A stretch of 61,998 nt of DNA from a virus (IMGVR_UViG_3300033233_000039:1-61998), one strand, 5' to 3'. Positions 49,492 through 59,689 are shown, counted from the first letter of the stretch. Notes: generated from the sequence alone by a model not told the origin. Translations and numbers: made by a program.

Positions 49492-49928
49492 TCCAACATC
49501 CTCAGTACGTTTTTAAAACTCCATGCTTGCTTCTCAAGCGCATCTTTGATTGATTCGAAGAATTCTAGTCTTATCTCTCTAAGAAGAATTCTCTTCTTAT
49601 ATTTAATCACTTCGGGGTCTTTTGGGATATAGTATTTCTCAATCTCTGCTTTTGTAAGTGAAACATCAGACTTGTTTTTCAATGTATCATACAGGTTGCC
49701 AATATGTTCATCTCTTTCAATCTCAAGGACTTTCTTCAAACCCATCTCTTTGAGAGCAAGCAACCTAAAGTTTTGGATATGAAAAGGATTCCTTTGAATT
49801 TGTTCTTTGAGTTTGTATTCACTGGTTTCTACAAGACCATCAATACCATACTCTTCCCACATTTTCTTTTGAATATCATCCTTACATATATCATCAATGA
49901 TACGAGTATCTAGCTCTGATCTACTCAT
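49488..49928 (-). CDS. uvsY: UvsY-like recombination mediator
   Basis: Helical, LTK.EIE.Y...D, W.FKN C-terminus; next to uvsW. Confidence 0.65.
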   Translation of the reverse strand: MSRSELDTRIIDDICKDDIQKKMWEEYGIDGLVETSEYKLKEQIQRNPFHIQNFRLLALKEMGLKKVLEIERDEHIGNLYDTLKNKSDVSLTKAEIEKYYIPKDPEVIKYKKRILLREIRLEFFESIKDALEKQAWSFKNVLRMLE

Positions 49929-50053
49929 TAATCATTACCTCTTTCTCTCTCTTAAAATATAAGAAACCATTTCTATCAACAGTCACCAACTCCCATCCAT
50001 CATTACCTACATCACTTAATGTATCTGTTCTGATAGGATTAAGTATCATATAT

Positions 50054-50326
50054 TCAAACTTCTTCCTCTTCATCTATATCCTCCCATTTATAAGTACCAT
50101 TTTTAGATTCTTCTTTAAAAGTTTTCCACATGGAAGTATAGCACTCATCGGAGCAAATTACAACTAAAAAAGTTGGGTCTATCCAAGGTGTTGCTTCATT
50201 ACATATGAGACAACAACTATCCTCTTTGGATTGGAACATACCTCCCATCTTCCACTCTTCATCAACCTTATTATATTTCTCTGAATATTTCACTTGATAT
50301 CCTCCTAGTTTTCGATATAATACCAA
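50054..50326 (-). CDS. Small Cys-containing hypothetical protein
   Basis: C.IC...CSDEC; start uncertain. Confidence 0.5.
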   Translation of the reverse strand: MVLYRKLGGYQVKYSEKYNKVDEEWKMGGMFQSKEDSCCLICNEATPWIDPTFLVVICSDECYTSMWKTFKEESKNGTYKWEDIDEEEEV

Positions 50327-50381
50327 CTGTTGTCTGTTTTGTCAGCCAATAAAATAAATTAAAAATAACTCAATAAAAAGC

Positions 50382-50434
50382 TTGTAATGTGGGTTTCAAT
50401 AGTTTATTCTGTATTTGTCATTGAGACAAAACAA
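50382..50434 (+). promoter_or_regulatory. Sigma70-type early promoter with palindromic leader
   Basis: TTGTAA-17-TATTCT then TTTGTC-N5-GACAAA. Confidence 0.6.
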
Positions 50435-50461
50435 ATAAAAACTTCTTCAAAGGTGTACAAC

Positions 50462-50674
50462 ATGAAACACATTATTCGGAACGAACAAGCTGTAATGGGT
50501 GTAGCTGCTCTTGCTTTTGCTCAGAAGTCTATTGTTGCTATTTGTGGTGAGAGGGTGTCTACCAAGAGTGTTACCCTTGATCTTGAAGATGACTGTTGCC
50601 CTAACTGTACTCTTCAGGCTGTATCCGAAATAGAGGAAGGTTCTGAAGATATCTTTGATAATCGATCATTATAA
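50462..50674 (+). CDS. Hypothetical early protein
   Basis: AAGGTG RBS; H...CG...C..C. Confidence 0.55.
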   Translation: MKHIIRNEQAVMGVAALAFAQKSIVAICGERVSTKSVTLDLEDDCCPNCTLQAVSEIEEGSEDIFDNRSL

Positions 50675-50880
50675 GGAGAATTGAAATGAATGTACTTATG
50701 CGCGGAATTGTAAACGTATTGGCACTTGTTGTTGGTTGTATTGTTCTAGGAATGGCTTTGGGTACTAATATAGGTATTGGAATTTTTCTTGTGGGTTGGG
50801 CTATTCTTCCAGTGGCTAAAAAATAGTGAAAGCCTCAATACAACCATCAAATACTACTGGAGTGAAATGGGTGGAGTTTA

Positions 50881-51213
50881 ATGGAAGACTATAAAAAATA
50901 TCGAGGTAAGTGCAAAGAATATGTTCATATGGCTCTTCTATCAGATTCTACCTTAACAGCTGTTAGAGGGCATTATGAATGCCCTCTATGGGGTCTTCAA
51001 GCTCATTGGTGGTGTGTTCGTCAAGATGGTACAATTTATGATCCTACTAAAGATCAATTTCCCTCAAAAGGTCTTGGTGAATACATTCCTTTCGATGGTT
51101 GGTGTGAATGCTCTGAATGTCATAAGAAAGTGTTGGAAAAGGATGTTCATAGCTTTGAGTCTAATTATTGCTTCTGTTCAATGAAATGCCATATGGCTTT
51201 CGTTGGTCTATAA
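50881..51213 (+). CDS. Cys/His-rich hypothetical protein
   Basis: GGAG RBS; HWW...DPT..QF; C..C, FCS..C. Confidence 0.65.
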   Translation: MEDYKKYRGKCKEYVHMALLSDSTLTAVRGHYECPLWGLQAHWWCVRQDGTIYDPTKDQFPSKGLGEYIPFDGWCECSECHKKVLEKDVHSFESNYCFCSMKCHMAFVGL

Positions 51214-51233
51214 TCAAACATAAGGAGTTTAAC

Positions 51234-51449
51234 ATGAGTGCTAAGAATTTTTGTGATCTGTGTGGACGAGAAATGAATGAGAAGTTTTATGAGCATATCG
51301 AAGTTACGGAGACTTGCAAGACAGGTAAGTTTCGTATTAGCATCGATATCTCAGCACCTAAAGGAACACACTTCTGTCGTAAGTGTATAACCAAACAACT
51401 TATGATCATTCGTAAAAGTGGGGCTGATACTCCAAGTAATGTTATTTGA
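51234..51449 (+). CDS. Zinc-finger hypothetical protein
   Basis: AAGGAG RBS; CDLCG...CRKC. Confidence 0.6.
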   Translation: MSAKNFCDLCGREMNEKFYEHIEVTETCKTGKFRISIDISAPKGTHFCRKCITKQLMIIRKSGADTPSNVI

Positions 51450-51634
51450 AAATAATCCCTGCATTCTGCTTTCAATGTGTTAATCTGTATTCTACTGAAG
51501 TGAATTGAAGTTAACTTATTTAATCGATTGATAATGGAGGAAGTTATGGCGATCTAGGATAACCACCTAGCTTCAGGGAATTAAACTAGAGTTTCCTGAT
51601 GCGAGTTGAGTAACCTAATTTTAAGGAGAACATC

Positions 51635-51877
51635 ATGAGCACTAGAGACACTGAGATTCAAGGCGATTGGGAAATAAAGTATAATCATATGCATTTTGGG
51701 ATTGAGAACGTCAAGGCTATTGGATGGGATTTTGCTAATAACCACTATGCCTACAAGGGCTGTGGTAATAACTTAATCATTGTTACCATCGAAGGTAATT
51801 GCACTTGGGGTGAGAAGGAACCCATCAAGCTTTATATTCCAGATTTTCATATTGAGATTAATAAAATAGTTAGTTGA
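51635..51877 (+). CDS. Hypothetical protein
   Basis: AAGGAG RBS. Confidence 0.6.
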   Translation: MSTRDTEIQGDWEIKYNHMHFGIENVKAIGWDFANNHYAYKGCGNNLIIVTIEGNCTWGEKEPIKLYIPDFHIEINKIVS

Positions 51878-52272
51878 CTGAAGTGCTTTTCTGTGGTATT
51901 TTTAGCTTTACTGGCTGAAAGAAATAATATTATTAGCTATTATAATATAAGAAAAAGTTTAGGAGGTTAACATGAACATCAACAACAAAAATGATCGAAT
52001 GGTTAGAGTAACTCATCATCCTTACTGTTCCTTTCTTACTATTGGTATTTTGGGTTTGCTTTGAAAGTGGATGGGTTTTTGCTAATCATTTTAGGGGATA
52101 ATATATGTCAGAAACAAAAACAGTTACTGTTGGGGACAAAAATAGTGTTGGAAAAGAAGAAGTGTGGTGTGTTTGGTATAATTGTCCAAACTGCTATTGC
52201 ACCAATATAAGGAATGGTTATGGTTTTTGTCCTGATTGTGGGATTGAAGTAGTTTGGTTGAAAGGAGAGTAA

Positions 52273-52494
52273 ATGGTTAACAAAACAGATTATGATGAAA
52301 ACATTGCAAATGATGTTAAGAATTTTGCTAGAGAGATACAAGGTAGGAAGAAAGTAGAGTTTCATACCGGGGAATATGATACATGGAAGATGAATATTAT
52401 CAATAATAAGAGAAGGGCCGGAATCATACTCACACAAGAAGAGCGAGATTTCCTTGCTGCTATTGAAGAAATACCACCTGACCTAATGAGCTAA
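52273..52494 (+). CDS. Hypothetical protein
   Basis: AAGGAG RBS. Confidence 0.55.
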   Translation: MVNKTDYDENIANDVKNFAREIQGRKKVEFHTGEYDTWKMNIINNKRRAGIILTQEERDFLAAIEEIPPDLMS

Positions 52495-52668
52495 TAATGA
52501 TTAATACAAATTTAGATGCGCTAATTAGAGAACTGGACTTTTGTGTTGCACTGCATGGAATGTTGATAGCTGTTGGTGTTGTTGGTGTGGATAGTGAAAT
52601 GAACTGCGAATAAGTTATACAGACTGCAAAGAAGTATTTATCAGAGAAAGGACTATTAGGTACTATAA

Positions 52669-53034
52669 GTGATTAAGCATGGAAACCCACCATACCTTGA
52701 ATGTTCTTCAAAGGGATTCAAACCCTTCTCAGCATTCTATGCTAAGTTGAATGGAAAGAGCATTGAAGAGATATATCAAGCATTCAAGATATTCGATGAT
52801 GGATCAACTAACCTATCTTGGAGAGAAGCCAAGGGTAGGAAAGCCGTTAATCAAGAAGCCTGTGATGAACTTTATTCTGCATTATGGATAGAATATATAT
52901 TGCAAAATCCAGATTTACTTGATATACTAAAACAACAAACCGGATTATCTGATATGTTTGGTCAGAAAGGTCATTGCTGTCAAGCAACTGAATTGTGGTT
53001 CATTAAGAAGAATTTTAGTATGGAGGATTTTTAG
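52669..53034 (+). CDS. NADAR-like protein (possible ADP-ribosyl hydrolase)
   Basis: E.SSK...SAF..K....S.E..YQ..K.F..G...CQA pattern. Confidence 0.45.
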   Translation: MIKHGNPPYLECSSKGFKPFSAFYAKLNGKSIEEIYQAFKIFDDGSTNLSWREAKGRKAVNQEACDELYSALWIEYILQNPDLLDILKQQTGLSDMFGQKGHCCQATELWFIKKNFSMEDF

Positions 53035-53035
53035 T

Positions 53036-53548
53036 ATGAGTTTAAGTATTAATGTAGATCATAAGACAATTAGAGCGTTGATGTATGGCGATCCTGAATT
53101 TGAGGTAAAGGTTAAGGATGCTATTCTTCGTACTGCATTGAAGGAAAATGCCTCTTCAGTCGTTAGAGGATTAAATAAGGATTATATTAATAGAGCTTTA
53201 AGGGATGCATTAAAAGAGGAAGTTGGCCAAAGTAGCCTTGATAGGAATGGTCATGCTATGTTTGAGCTTACCAGACAGATGAAGGAGGCTATTGATGATC
53301 ATATCAGTTGTCAGATAACTTCTCTGATACGAACTCAGTTTGAGAAAGCCACTTCAGAAGCTAATGATAAGATTGATATATATGTCAACGATTTTAAAAA
53401 TCGTATAGATAGAGTTCTTGATGATAAATTCAATAAGGGATTGGCTGAGTATGTTTTAAAAGAGCTTACATTAAGATTCACAACACTAGCAGAGAAGCTT
53501 AAACCATTGATGCCTTGGACTAATGATAATCAAAAGGAGACAAAATGA
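53036..53548 (+). CDS. Helical hypothetical protein
   Basis: GGAGG RBS before MSLS. Confidence 0.6.
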   Translation: MSLSINVDHKTIRALMYGDPEFEVKVKDAILRTALKENASSVVRGLNKDYINRALRDALKEEVGQSSLDRNGHAMFELTRQMKEAIDDHISCQITSLIRTQFEKATSEANDKIDIYVNDFKNRIDRVLDDKFNKGLAEYVLKELTLRFTTLAEKLKPLMPWTNDNQKETK

Positions 53549-54129
53549 ACAGATACTACTTTAAAGACTCCAATGGTGGTGCATACATCATCACTATGGA
53601 TAGACCTGTAACAACAGACACATATAGGGAATCATTATTGATTAGGGAATCATTATTGATTATTGATCTTACTACTGGTAAGATTCTTAAACAACGATAT
53701 ATATGCCCACAAGACCTTTCAGAAGAGGCTCTACTAACATTGGCTGATACTATTAAAGAAAAAGATGACATCATCAACCGACAGGCACAGAAAATTCATG
53801 GTCTTGAAGCAGTCAATGCTTCTCTTAAAGAAAAAAATGATCATCTTCATGTAGAGATTCGTAAAGTTGGTTGTGATCTTCTGTCATATAAAGAACTAAC
53901 AGAGATGCGTAGCAAAGCCCTTGCTGCTAGTATTGAAAAGAGTAAATATCAAACAGAATTAATCAATAAGCTATATTCTACTGTTAGAGTTAATGATACA
54001 ATATCTGATAGTGATCGAGAGTTTGAAGATTATTGGGAAAGACGTAATCAAACAGGAATCTACTCCTTCTCTGATAAAGCAGTTGCAAGAAAATCATGGA
54101 TGGAATGTATTAATGATGAACTATCGTGA
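53545..54129 (+). CDS. Coiled-coil hypothetical protein
   Basis: AAGGAG RBS. Confidence 0.6.
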   Translation: MNRYYFKDSNGGAYIITMDRPVTTDTYRESLLIRESLLIIDLTTGKILKQRYICPQDLSEEALLTLADTIKEKDDIINRQAQKIHGLEAVNASLKEKNDHLHVEIRKVGCDLLSYKELTEMRSKALAASIEKSKYQTELINKLYSTVRVNDTISDSDREFEDYWERRNQTGIYSFSDKAVARKSWMECINDELS

Positions 54130-54301
54130 GATAATTAAATATATCAACGATAATGAAGAATGTGATATTAATTACACTATATCATTACTAAAGGTTGCTC
54201 TATCATATGGGAATCACAAACATCAATGTACATATAACTATGGACATGATTGTTCCTGTGGATTTGATGAACTTAAAAAAATTGCTGGTATGCGATCATG
54301 A
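54113..54301 (+). CDS. Hypothetical protein
   Basis: H..C...C.CG motif; overlap-coupled. Confidence 0.45.
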   Translation: MMNYREIIKYINDNEECDINYTISLLKVALSYGNHKHQCTYNYGHDCSCGFDELKKIAGMRS

Positions 54302-54747
54302 AGATTAATAAAAATACATATCCATTCTATGGCTGGGATTATAGTGAATTCTGTAATGCATGGAATCTTCCTTATGAAGTAGGCGATCCTAGATATTACA
54401 ACATGGTTTCTAGGAATACTGATAATCCATTTGATTTTGATAAGATTGGTCCTGTTGCTGAAGAATGTCCTGACTACTTTAATAATGGCCGTGTATTGAA
54501 GATTTATCTTGAGAAAGTTTTAGAAGTGTATTATAATAATGAATATCATAAGTGGATAAAAAACAAACGTAATGATAGAGTTCTATCGAAGGTAGCTAAT
54601 GATATAAGACTTTTTCTGTCTATGTTGGGGAATCCAAAAACAGCAAATGGGTATCTGCATCCAATGTGGTTGGGTATGTCTAAGATTGAACTTGACGAAG
54701 AGCTTGTTAGCCTTACAATCCAATTGATAGAAAAAATGTGGGATTAA
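54298..54747 (+). CDS. Hypothetical protein
   Basis: ATGA overlap. Confidence 0.55.
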   Translation: MKINKNTYPFYGWDYSEFCNAWNLPYEVGDPRYYNMVSRNTDNPFDFDKIGPVAEECPDYFNNGRVLKIYLEKVLEVYYNNEYHKWIKNKRNDRVLSKVANDIRLFLSMLGNPKTANGYLHPMWLGMSKIELDEELVSLTIQLIEKMWD

Positions 54748-54768
54748 TAAATTACATAAAGGGGATTT

Positions 54769-55050
54769 ATGGGAAGACCAATGAATGGGAATGAGGTTGC
54801 GGAGCACTTGGGGGTTTCTCGACAATTCGTGTCGATGTGTACCAGAAATGGCATTTATAAAATATATAAAGAAGTGTTGAGGCAAGGAATAAGCAATACT
54901 CCAGCAGAAGCGGTTTGTGCTATGATGGTGGGGTTGGGTATTCATAAAGCAACTGAGATAGAGGTATATGAGTTTATTAACCTCTTTCCTAAAGACATTA
55001 TTACCAAAGTAAAAAAAGAACTAAAGGAGAAGAAGTATGTCGAAATCTAG
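54769..55050 (+). CDS. HTH DNA-binding protein
   Basis: EVAEHLGVSRQFVS. Confidence 0.7.
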   Translation: MGRPMNGNEVAEHLGVSRQFVSMCTRNGIYKIYKEVLRQGISNTPAEAVCAMMVGLGIHKATEIEVYEFINLFPKDIITKVKKELKEKKYVEI

Positions 55051-55216
55051 TAAAGTAACCTGTTATACCTGTACCGCATTTGTTATTGATGTTGATAAAG
55101 CGTATTGCGAAGAAAATTGGTTTGAAAATGAACCATTGTCTAAGGCAAAGACATTCGAACCAAAAATGTTCGAATGTGTTAACTACGAAAAAGAACCAGC
55201 ATAAGGAGAAACAAAA

Positions 55217-55969
55217 ATGACCAACAAGTATCTAAGCGACTATTACCTAATGATGTATGATAACCTTAAAACAATGACAGAAATGTATATTGATGAAAAG
55301 GTTGGCATTGTTAATGAGGACGAGTTTAATCGTATCATTGATAATACGACTCTTTTCGAGTTGGCAAATGTTCTATATAAAAAATCCAATTACTATCTAA
55401 ACAATTGTGAGGATAAAAACCCCGAAGAAGATATCATCAAGGGTGAGAAGAATGAAAGTCTACATAAACATTTTGATCTATTGCAATTGATATTGGATTT
55501 CTCACACGACTTTGGTAAGAGTGACGTTTCCCTAGATGAATTAATTAATACGGTTTCTCTAAGTGACCTTGTTTGGTGGTCACAGGGTAAATCAGAAGAA
55601 GACTCGAAAATGAATGAATCTGAACAGGATGATAGTTGTGATTGTGATGATTGTGCTGAACCCTGTAAGGAATGCCCTAGATCATGTTTAAATTGCTCTG
55701 GTAGTCATTGCTTTAGGAATGAAGGAACCGACACAGATGTTGATATGTTAAAGATTACTCAACTATGTGAAAAGATTGAAAATCTGTATAATGACCACTG
55801 TGCTTGCTATAGCTGTCGATGTAACGATTGTCCAAATGGGGAATGTACCATGTGTACTGTTGATTCACGATGTAGTCTTTTAGATGAGGAATGTGATGAT
55901 TGTAAGTGTCAAGAATGTTTGAATGGTTGTAATATCGATGTAATGTCTCCATGTGCAAATAGCAAATAA
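55217..55969 (+). CDS. Protein with Cys-rich (metallothionein-like) C-terminus
   Basis: More than 20 Cys in the last ~110 aa; AAGGAG RBS. Confidence 0.65.
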   Translation: MTNKYLSDYYLMMYDNLKTMTEMYIDEKVGIVNEDEFNRIIDNTTLFELANVLYKKSNYYLNNCEDKNPEEDIIKGEKNESLHKHFDLLQLILDFSHDFGKSDVSLDELINTVSLSDLVWWSQGKSEEDSKMNESEQDDSCDCDDCAEPCKECPRSCLNCSGSHCFRNEGTDTDVDMLKITQLCEKIENLYNDHCACYSCRCNDCPNGECTMCTVDSRCSLLDEECDDCKCQECLNGCNIDVMSPCANSK

Positions 55970-55971
55970 CA

Positions 55972-57003
55972 ATGAGTATTGACTTTAACAAGATACATAA
56001 CTTTCTCTCAGAGTATTGTGAGAGAGTTAAAGTCAAGTCAAGTGGTAGAGGATTTCTTGGTAGATGCCCTGTTTGCGGCGACTCCAAGAAATCCTCTAAT
56101 ACCATGAGGCTTCATGTCGATTACTATTCTCAATATGATGATTATATTGCATACTGTTGGAATGGCGGGTGTGAAGTCAAAGGAACAACCATTACATCAT
56201 TGATGTCAATGGTTAAGGGTATCTCATATACTCAAGCAAAGAAAGAACTTAATGAAGAGGTCTTTGATCCTAAGAAGATTAAGGATAGACTTAATAACAA
56301 GAAGAATATAATCGAAGAAGAGAAAGTTACTAAGATACTTGATCTTGATATAGAAAAGGATTGTCTATCTATATCATCTACACCAGAATCAACAATAAAC
56401 AAGAGATTTCATAAAGCATTGGTTGATTTCGTTAGGGATAGAAAGATACCTATTGATTGTTATGTTGCTGTCTCTGGACGATATAAAGGAAGAGTGATCA
56501 TTCCTATTACTATTAACAATGAATTGGTGTATTTCCAAGGAAGAGCTATATCGGATGAAATGACTCCCAAATACCTGAATCCTGACGTAGAGAAAAGTAA
56601 TATCATTCTCAATATTGATAAGTTTGATCCTGATAAGTCTATCATTGTTACTGAAGGCCCGATTGATAGCTACATGATAGAAAACAACCAAGGAACCAAT
56701 GCATTAGGATCAAACATATCTGATGATCTTCTTGAGGTGTTATTTGATAGCACAGAGAGGGATATAGTTCTAGCGTATGATAATCCTAATATAGATGAAG
56801 CAGGTAAGAAGTGTATTATGAAGATGATTGAGAAAGGCAAGTATGGAAAACGTGTGAAGTACTTCCTGATGCCTTATAACGACATTAAAGATTTGAATGA
56901 GTTGGTAGTAAAGAAGAACATCGATAATGTATATGATTTTGTTCTTAAGCATTCTCACTCGTATCTATATGTAACTACCAAATTTAAATTAGGCTTAAAA
57001 TGA
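55972..57003 (+). CDS. 61: DNA primase (T4 gp61-like)
   Basis: RCPVCGDS..., YFQGR, KYL, TEGPIDS, DN, KDLNE. Confidence 0.9.
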   Translation: MSIDFNKIHNFLSEYCERVKVKSSGRGFLGRCPVCGDSKKSSNTMRLHVDYYSQYDDYIAYCWNGGCEVKGTTITSLMSMVKGISYTQAKKELNEEVFDPKKIKDRLNNKKNIIEEEKVTKILDLDIEKDCLSISSTPESTINKRFHKALVDFVRDRKIPIDCYVAVSGRYKGRVIIPITINNELVYFQGRAISDEMTPKYLNPDVEKSNIILNIDKFDPDKSIIVTEGPIDSYMIENNQGTNALGSNISDDLLEVLFDSTERDIVLAYDNPNIDEAGKKCIMKMIEKGKYGKRVKYFLMPYNDIKDLNELVVKKNIDNVYDFVLKHSHSYLYVTTKFKLGLK

Positions 57004-57046
57004 TTAAACTCCTATAAATAACACTGATTTAACATAGGAGTTAATT

Positions 57047-57511
57047 ATGAAGATAACAAAAGTAGGTCAAGATATTATCAGTGTGAATGATAGCGATGTT
57101 GATAATATTGCGACACCAAATAAGATACATTTAGTTCATATTAAATTCTCAGAGCCAACCATTTCAAAAATGGATTGGTTACTAAAGACCTTCAAGTTCA
57201 CCAATCGCTTTATTGTTTCTGATAGCATTTCATTCTATAATAACTACTTCAAGAATACCAGACATAAATATTATGTATTGAATACTGTCGATGACAGTAT
57301 CATTTCTTTCTATAAGCGTAACAACAAAGTTACTCTAAATACAACATTACTAAAAGATATTGATAAATTATTCATCTTTACCAATATCGATGATGTGTTA
57401 AAAAACACTGAAGTAGTAATAGCTTATAGGTCAGATTATGTAAACAACCTAGACTCATTTATGAGATGGGATGGAAATCTTATTATCATCGAAGAGGGTT
57501 GTGAATATTAA
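57047..57511 (+). CDS. Hypothetical late protein
   Basis: TATAAATA at 57013, AGGAG RBS. Confidence 0.6.
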   Translation: MKITKVGQDIISVNDSDVDNIATPNKIHLVHIKFSEPTISKMDWLLKTFKFTNRFIVSDSISFYNNYFKNTRHKYYVLNTVDDSIISFYKRNNKVTLNTTLLKDIDKLFIFTNIDDVLKNTEVVIAYRSDYVNNLDSFMRWDGNLIIIEEGCEY

Positions 57512-58329
57512 TGACAACAACATTAGTCGGACCATATATAGGATCATTCGAGCATGAACTGATATCCAATATTCCATATGCTAGATATCTATCAGATATT
57601 TTTGATGGCGAAGTTTATGTAAGTGGGTACTCCAATAGAATGTTTATGTATGATTGGTTGATTGATGATAGAAAAATACCTGTTAATGAAATGTGGGCTA
57701 GAAATGATGAAGGACAAGTTGGTTATATAAACTCTGATGTTTCTCTACTTCAGTATCAGCAAGAGTCAAAGAGAATCAAACAACATGTGTTAGATAAGAC
57801 AAGACTTCAACCGAAAGATATAGATACATATAGTCTTACCTACCAACGTGGAAATCAATCATATTCAATCAATCAAAGAACGTATCAGAAAATAAACAAT
57901 ATTCGACTTATACCAAAGCTAAAAGAAAGTGTTATATTCATCCCCGATAATTCACTATCAGAAGAAGATAGTTTGAATATCTATAATTCACTAATACCTT
58001 ACTACAACGTATTAGTGATTGGAGATTGTAAAACTAGGTTAAATGATACGAATATATTAATGCATAGGCTTGACTATGTTGACAAGGTATATGAAATGAT
58101 ATATTCATATATAGAGTCAGTTAAGTTTGTTGTGACTCCTTGTTCCTATTGGACCATTCTATGCAACATGCAACAAGTTCCTGTTGTTAGCTGGGGAAAG
58201 AACATAGGCATCTATAAATCAAATGGTATATTTGGTTTTGATAATAAAAACCTGATTATATCTAGTCCTAAAACTATAAATAGTGATGTACTATTGAAGT
58301 CGATAGAATACTTTCAATCTAAACTGTGA
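57511..58329 (+). CDS. Hypothetical protein, possible GT-B glycosyltransferase-like
   Basis: GPYIGSF..EL; C-terminal V...S....L......P...WG pattern reminiscent of GT9. Confidence 0.4.
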   Translation: MTTTLVGPYIGSFEHELISNIPYARYLSDIFDGEVYVSGYSNRMFMYDWLIDDRKIPVNEMWARNDEGQVGYINSDVSLLQYQQESKRIKQHVLDKTRLQPKDIDTYSLTYQRGNQSYSINQRTYQKINNIRLIPKLKESVIFIPDNSLSEEDSLNIYNSLIPYYNVLVIGDCKTRLNDTNILMHRLDYVDKVYEMIYSYIESVKFVVTPCSYWTILCNMQQVPVVSWGKNIGIYKSNGIFGFDNKNLIISSPKTINSDVLLKSIEYFQSKL

Positions 58330-58336
58330 GGATAAA

Positions 58337-58531
58337 ATGCCCCTATATGAGTATCAATGCTCAGTGTGTAATTGTATTAAAGAAGAGTTTACAAATGACA
58401 GAGAACAGAAAACAAGTATCTGTGAAGAATGTGGACACGTATCAATAAAGATTATGAGCACCTTCGGGTGGGATATTAAAGGTGGTGGAGCATATAGAAC
58501 TGGCCCACCTGCTCCTATTAAGGAAAAATGA
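58337..58531 (+). CDS. FmdB-family zinc ribbon protein
   Basis: MPLYEYQC..C...C..CG...K.MS...KG.G.Y. Confidence 0.8.
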   Translation: MPLYEYQCSVCNCIKEEFTNDREQKTSICEECGHVSIKIMSTFGWDIKGGGAYRTGPPAPIKEK

Positions 58532-58682
58532 AATGATTACATTATACTCTATTATTTGTATATTAATGTTAATATACTTTGTTGGTAATGACTTTAATAT
58601 ATCAATTAATAGATATTTAATGGCTCATCTACTAGCGTTCACCGTATTATACACAATAGCTGTAAAACTATTTAATGGTTGA
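58528..58682 (+). CDS. Small membrane protein
   Basis: Two hydrophobic segments; start uncertain. Confidence 0.35.
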
Positions 58683-58824
58683 TTATGTTGAAAACAAACT
58701 GTAAGTATTTTGACAATGGGAATTGTAGCATTAAACCAAAATTCTTTTTTGGCCTTTTTAAAGAATCCTGTTGTCATCCTGATTATAATGGAATACAATG
58801 TCATTTACAGTCGAGAAAAAGAAA

Positions 58825-59334
58825 ATGAATAAATTTAGTGATTATATAAAGGAGGCGACAATTGCTGGTGGTACTCCTGGTGGTTATTATGCCATTCAAA
58901 GTGATGATGACTTACCTGTGGGTAATATCATAACAGGTGAAAAATATACTAGAGAGATGGTTAAGAATCGTCTTACTGGTGAATATCCTAACTATCGGGT
59001 AGATAGTAGTGATTGGAGTTGGGATGATTTTAAAGACTCCAAGGGTATGCATTCACATAAAAGATACTCACAAACTCTTGATTCTTTAATGGGGAAAAAT
59101 TCTCCTATTAAAAGACCTGACTTTGATTTATGGAAGCATATTAAAAAACGCCCTGCTAGTCATGACCTTGAGACAAGTAAAGAAAAACTAATGCGACCAG
59201 AGCAAGATGCGCTTACTGGTAATGATAAAGTTGTTGTTCCTGATAACCCTAAAACTGGACAGGATGATGGTGATGGTGTTCTAAAAACTGTTAATAAACA
59301 TATTATAAAATCTGTTGAAAAATCTAGGAGATAA
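58825..59334 (+). CDS. Putative internal head protein
   Basis: MNKFSDYIKE. Confidence 0.55.
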   Translation: MNKFSDYIKEATIAGGTPGGYYAIQSDDDLPVGNIITGEKYTREMVKNRLTGEYPNYRVDSSDWSWDDFKDSKGMHSHKRYSQTLDSLMGKNSPIKRPDFDLWKHIKKRPASHDLETSKEKLMRPEQDALTGNDKVVVPDNPKTGQDDGDGVLKTVNKHIIKSVEKSRR

Positions 59335-59337
59335 ATT

Positions 59338-59610
59338 TTGCCAATTTTCGATCTTTTGTGTAAAGCATGTGAACATGAAGAAATTGATGTAATTAAGAAA
59401 GCTGATGAGGAAGTTCTTTGTCCTCGGTGTGGTGATCCAATGGTTCATATATGTAATAAGATGACATTCAAATTAAGTTATAATAACCAAACCGACTCAT
59501 GTGGCTGGAGTAATGATGGATATGCCTCTAGCCAATACTGGAATGACTATAAGAAACAAAAGTCAGAAGGAAAGAATGTTAGGATTCCTAGCTTAGACGG
59601 CGATAAGTAG
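59338..59610 (+). CDS. FmdB-like zinc ribbon protein
   Basis: MPIFD..C..C...CPRCG..M. Confidence 0.7.
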   Translation: MPIFDLLCKACEHEEIDVIKKADEEVLCPRCGDPMVHICNKMTFKLSYNNQTDSCGWSNDGYASSQYWNDYKKQKSEGKNVRIPSLDGDK

Positions 59611-59617
59611 TAATATC

Positions 59618-59674
59618 CCTTTATGCGACAAATAGAGTGTTTTAGTGGCGCAATAGTCCTTTATGCGACAAATA
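59618..59674 (+). repeat. 17-bp direct repeat, 40-bp period
   Basis: CCTTTATGCGACAAATA at 59618 and 59658. Confidence 0.8.
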
Positions 59675-59689
59675 AACTGTGAGGTAAAG

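Noticed and set aside
51540-51615. tRNA or hammerhead ribozyme
   Set aside because: No T-loop GTTC or cloverleaf; CTGATGC lacks the CUGANGA...GAAA core
59618-59674. CRISPR mini-array
   Set aside because: Only two 17-bp copies with a 23-bp spacer, and no cas genes
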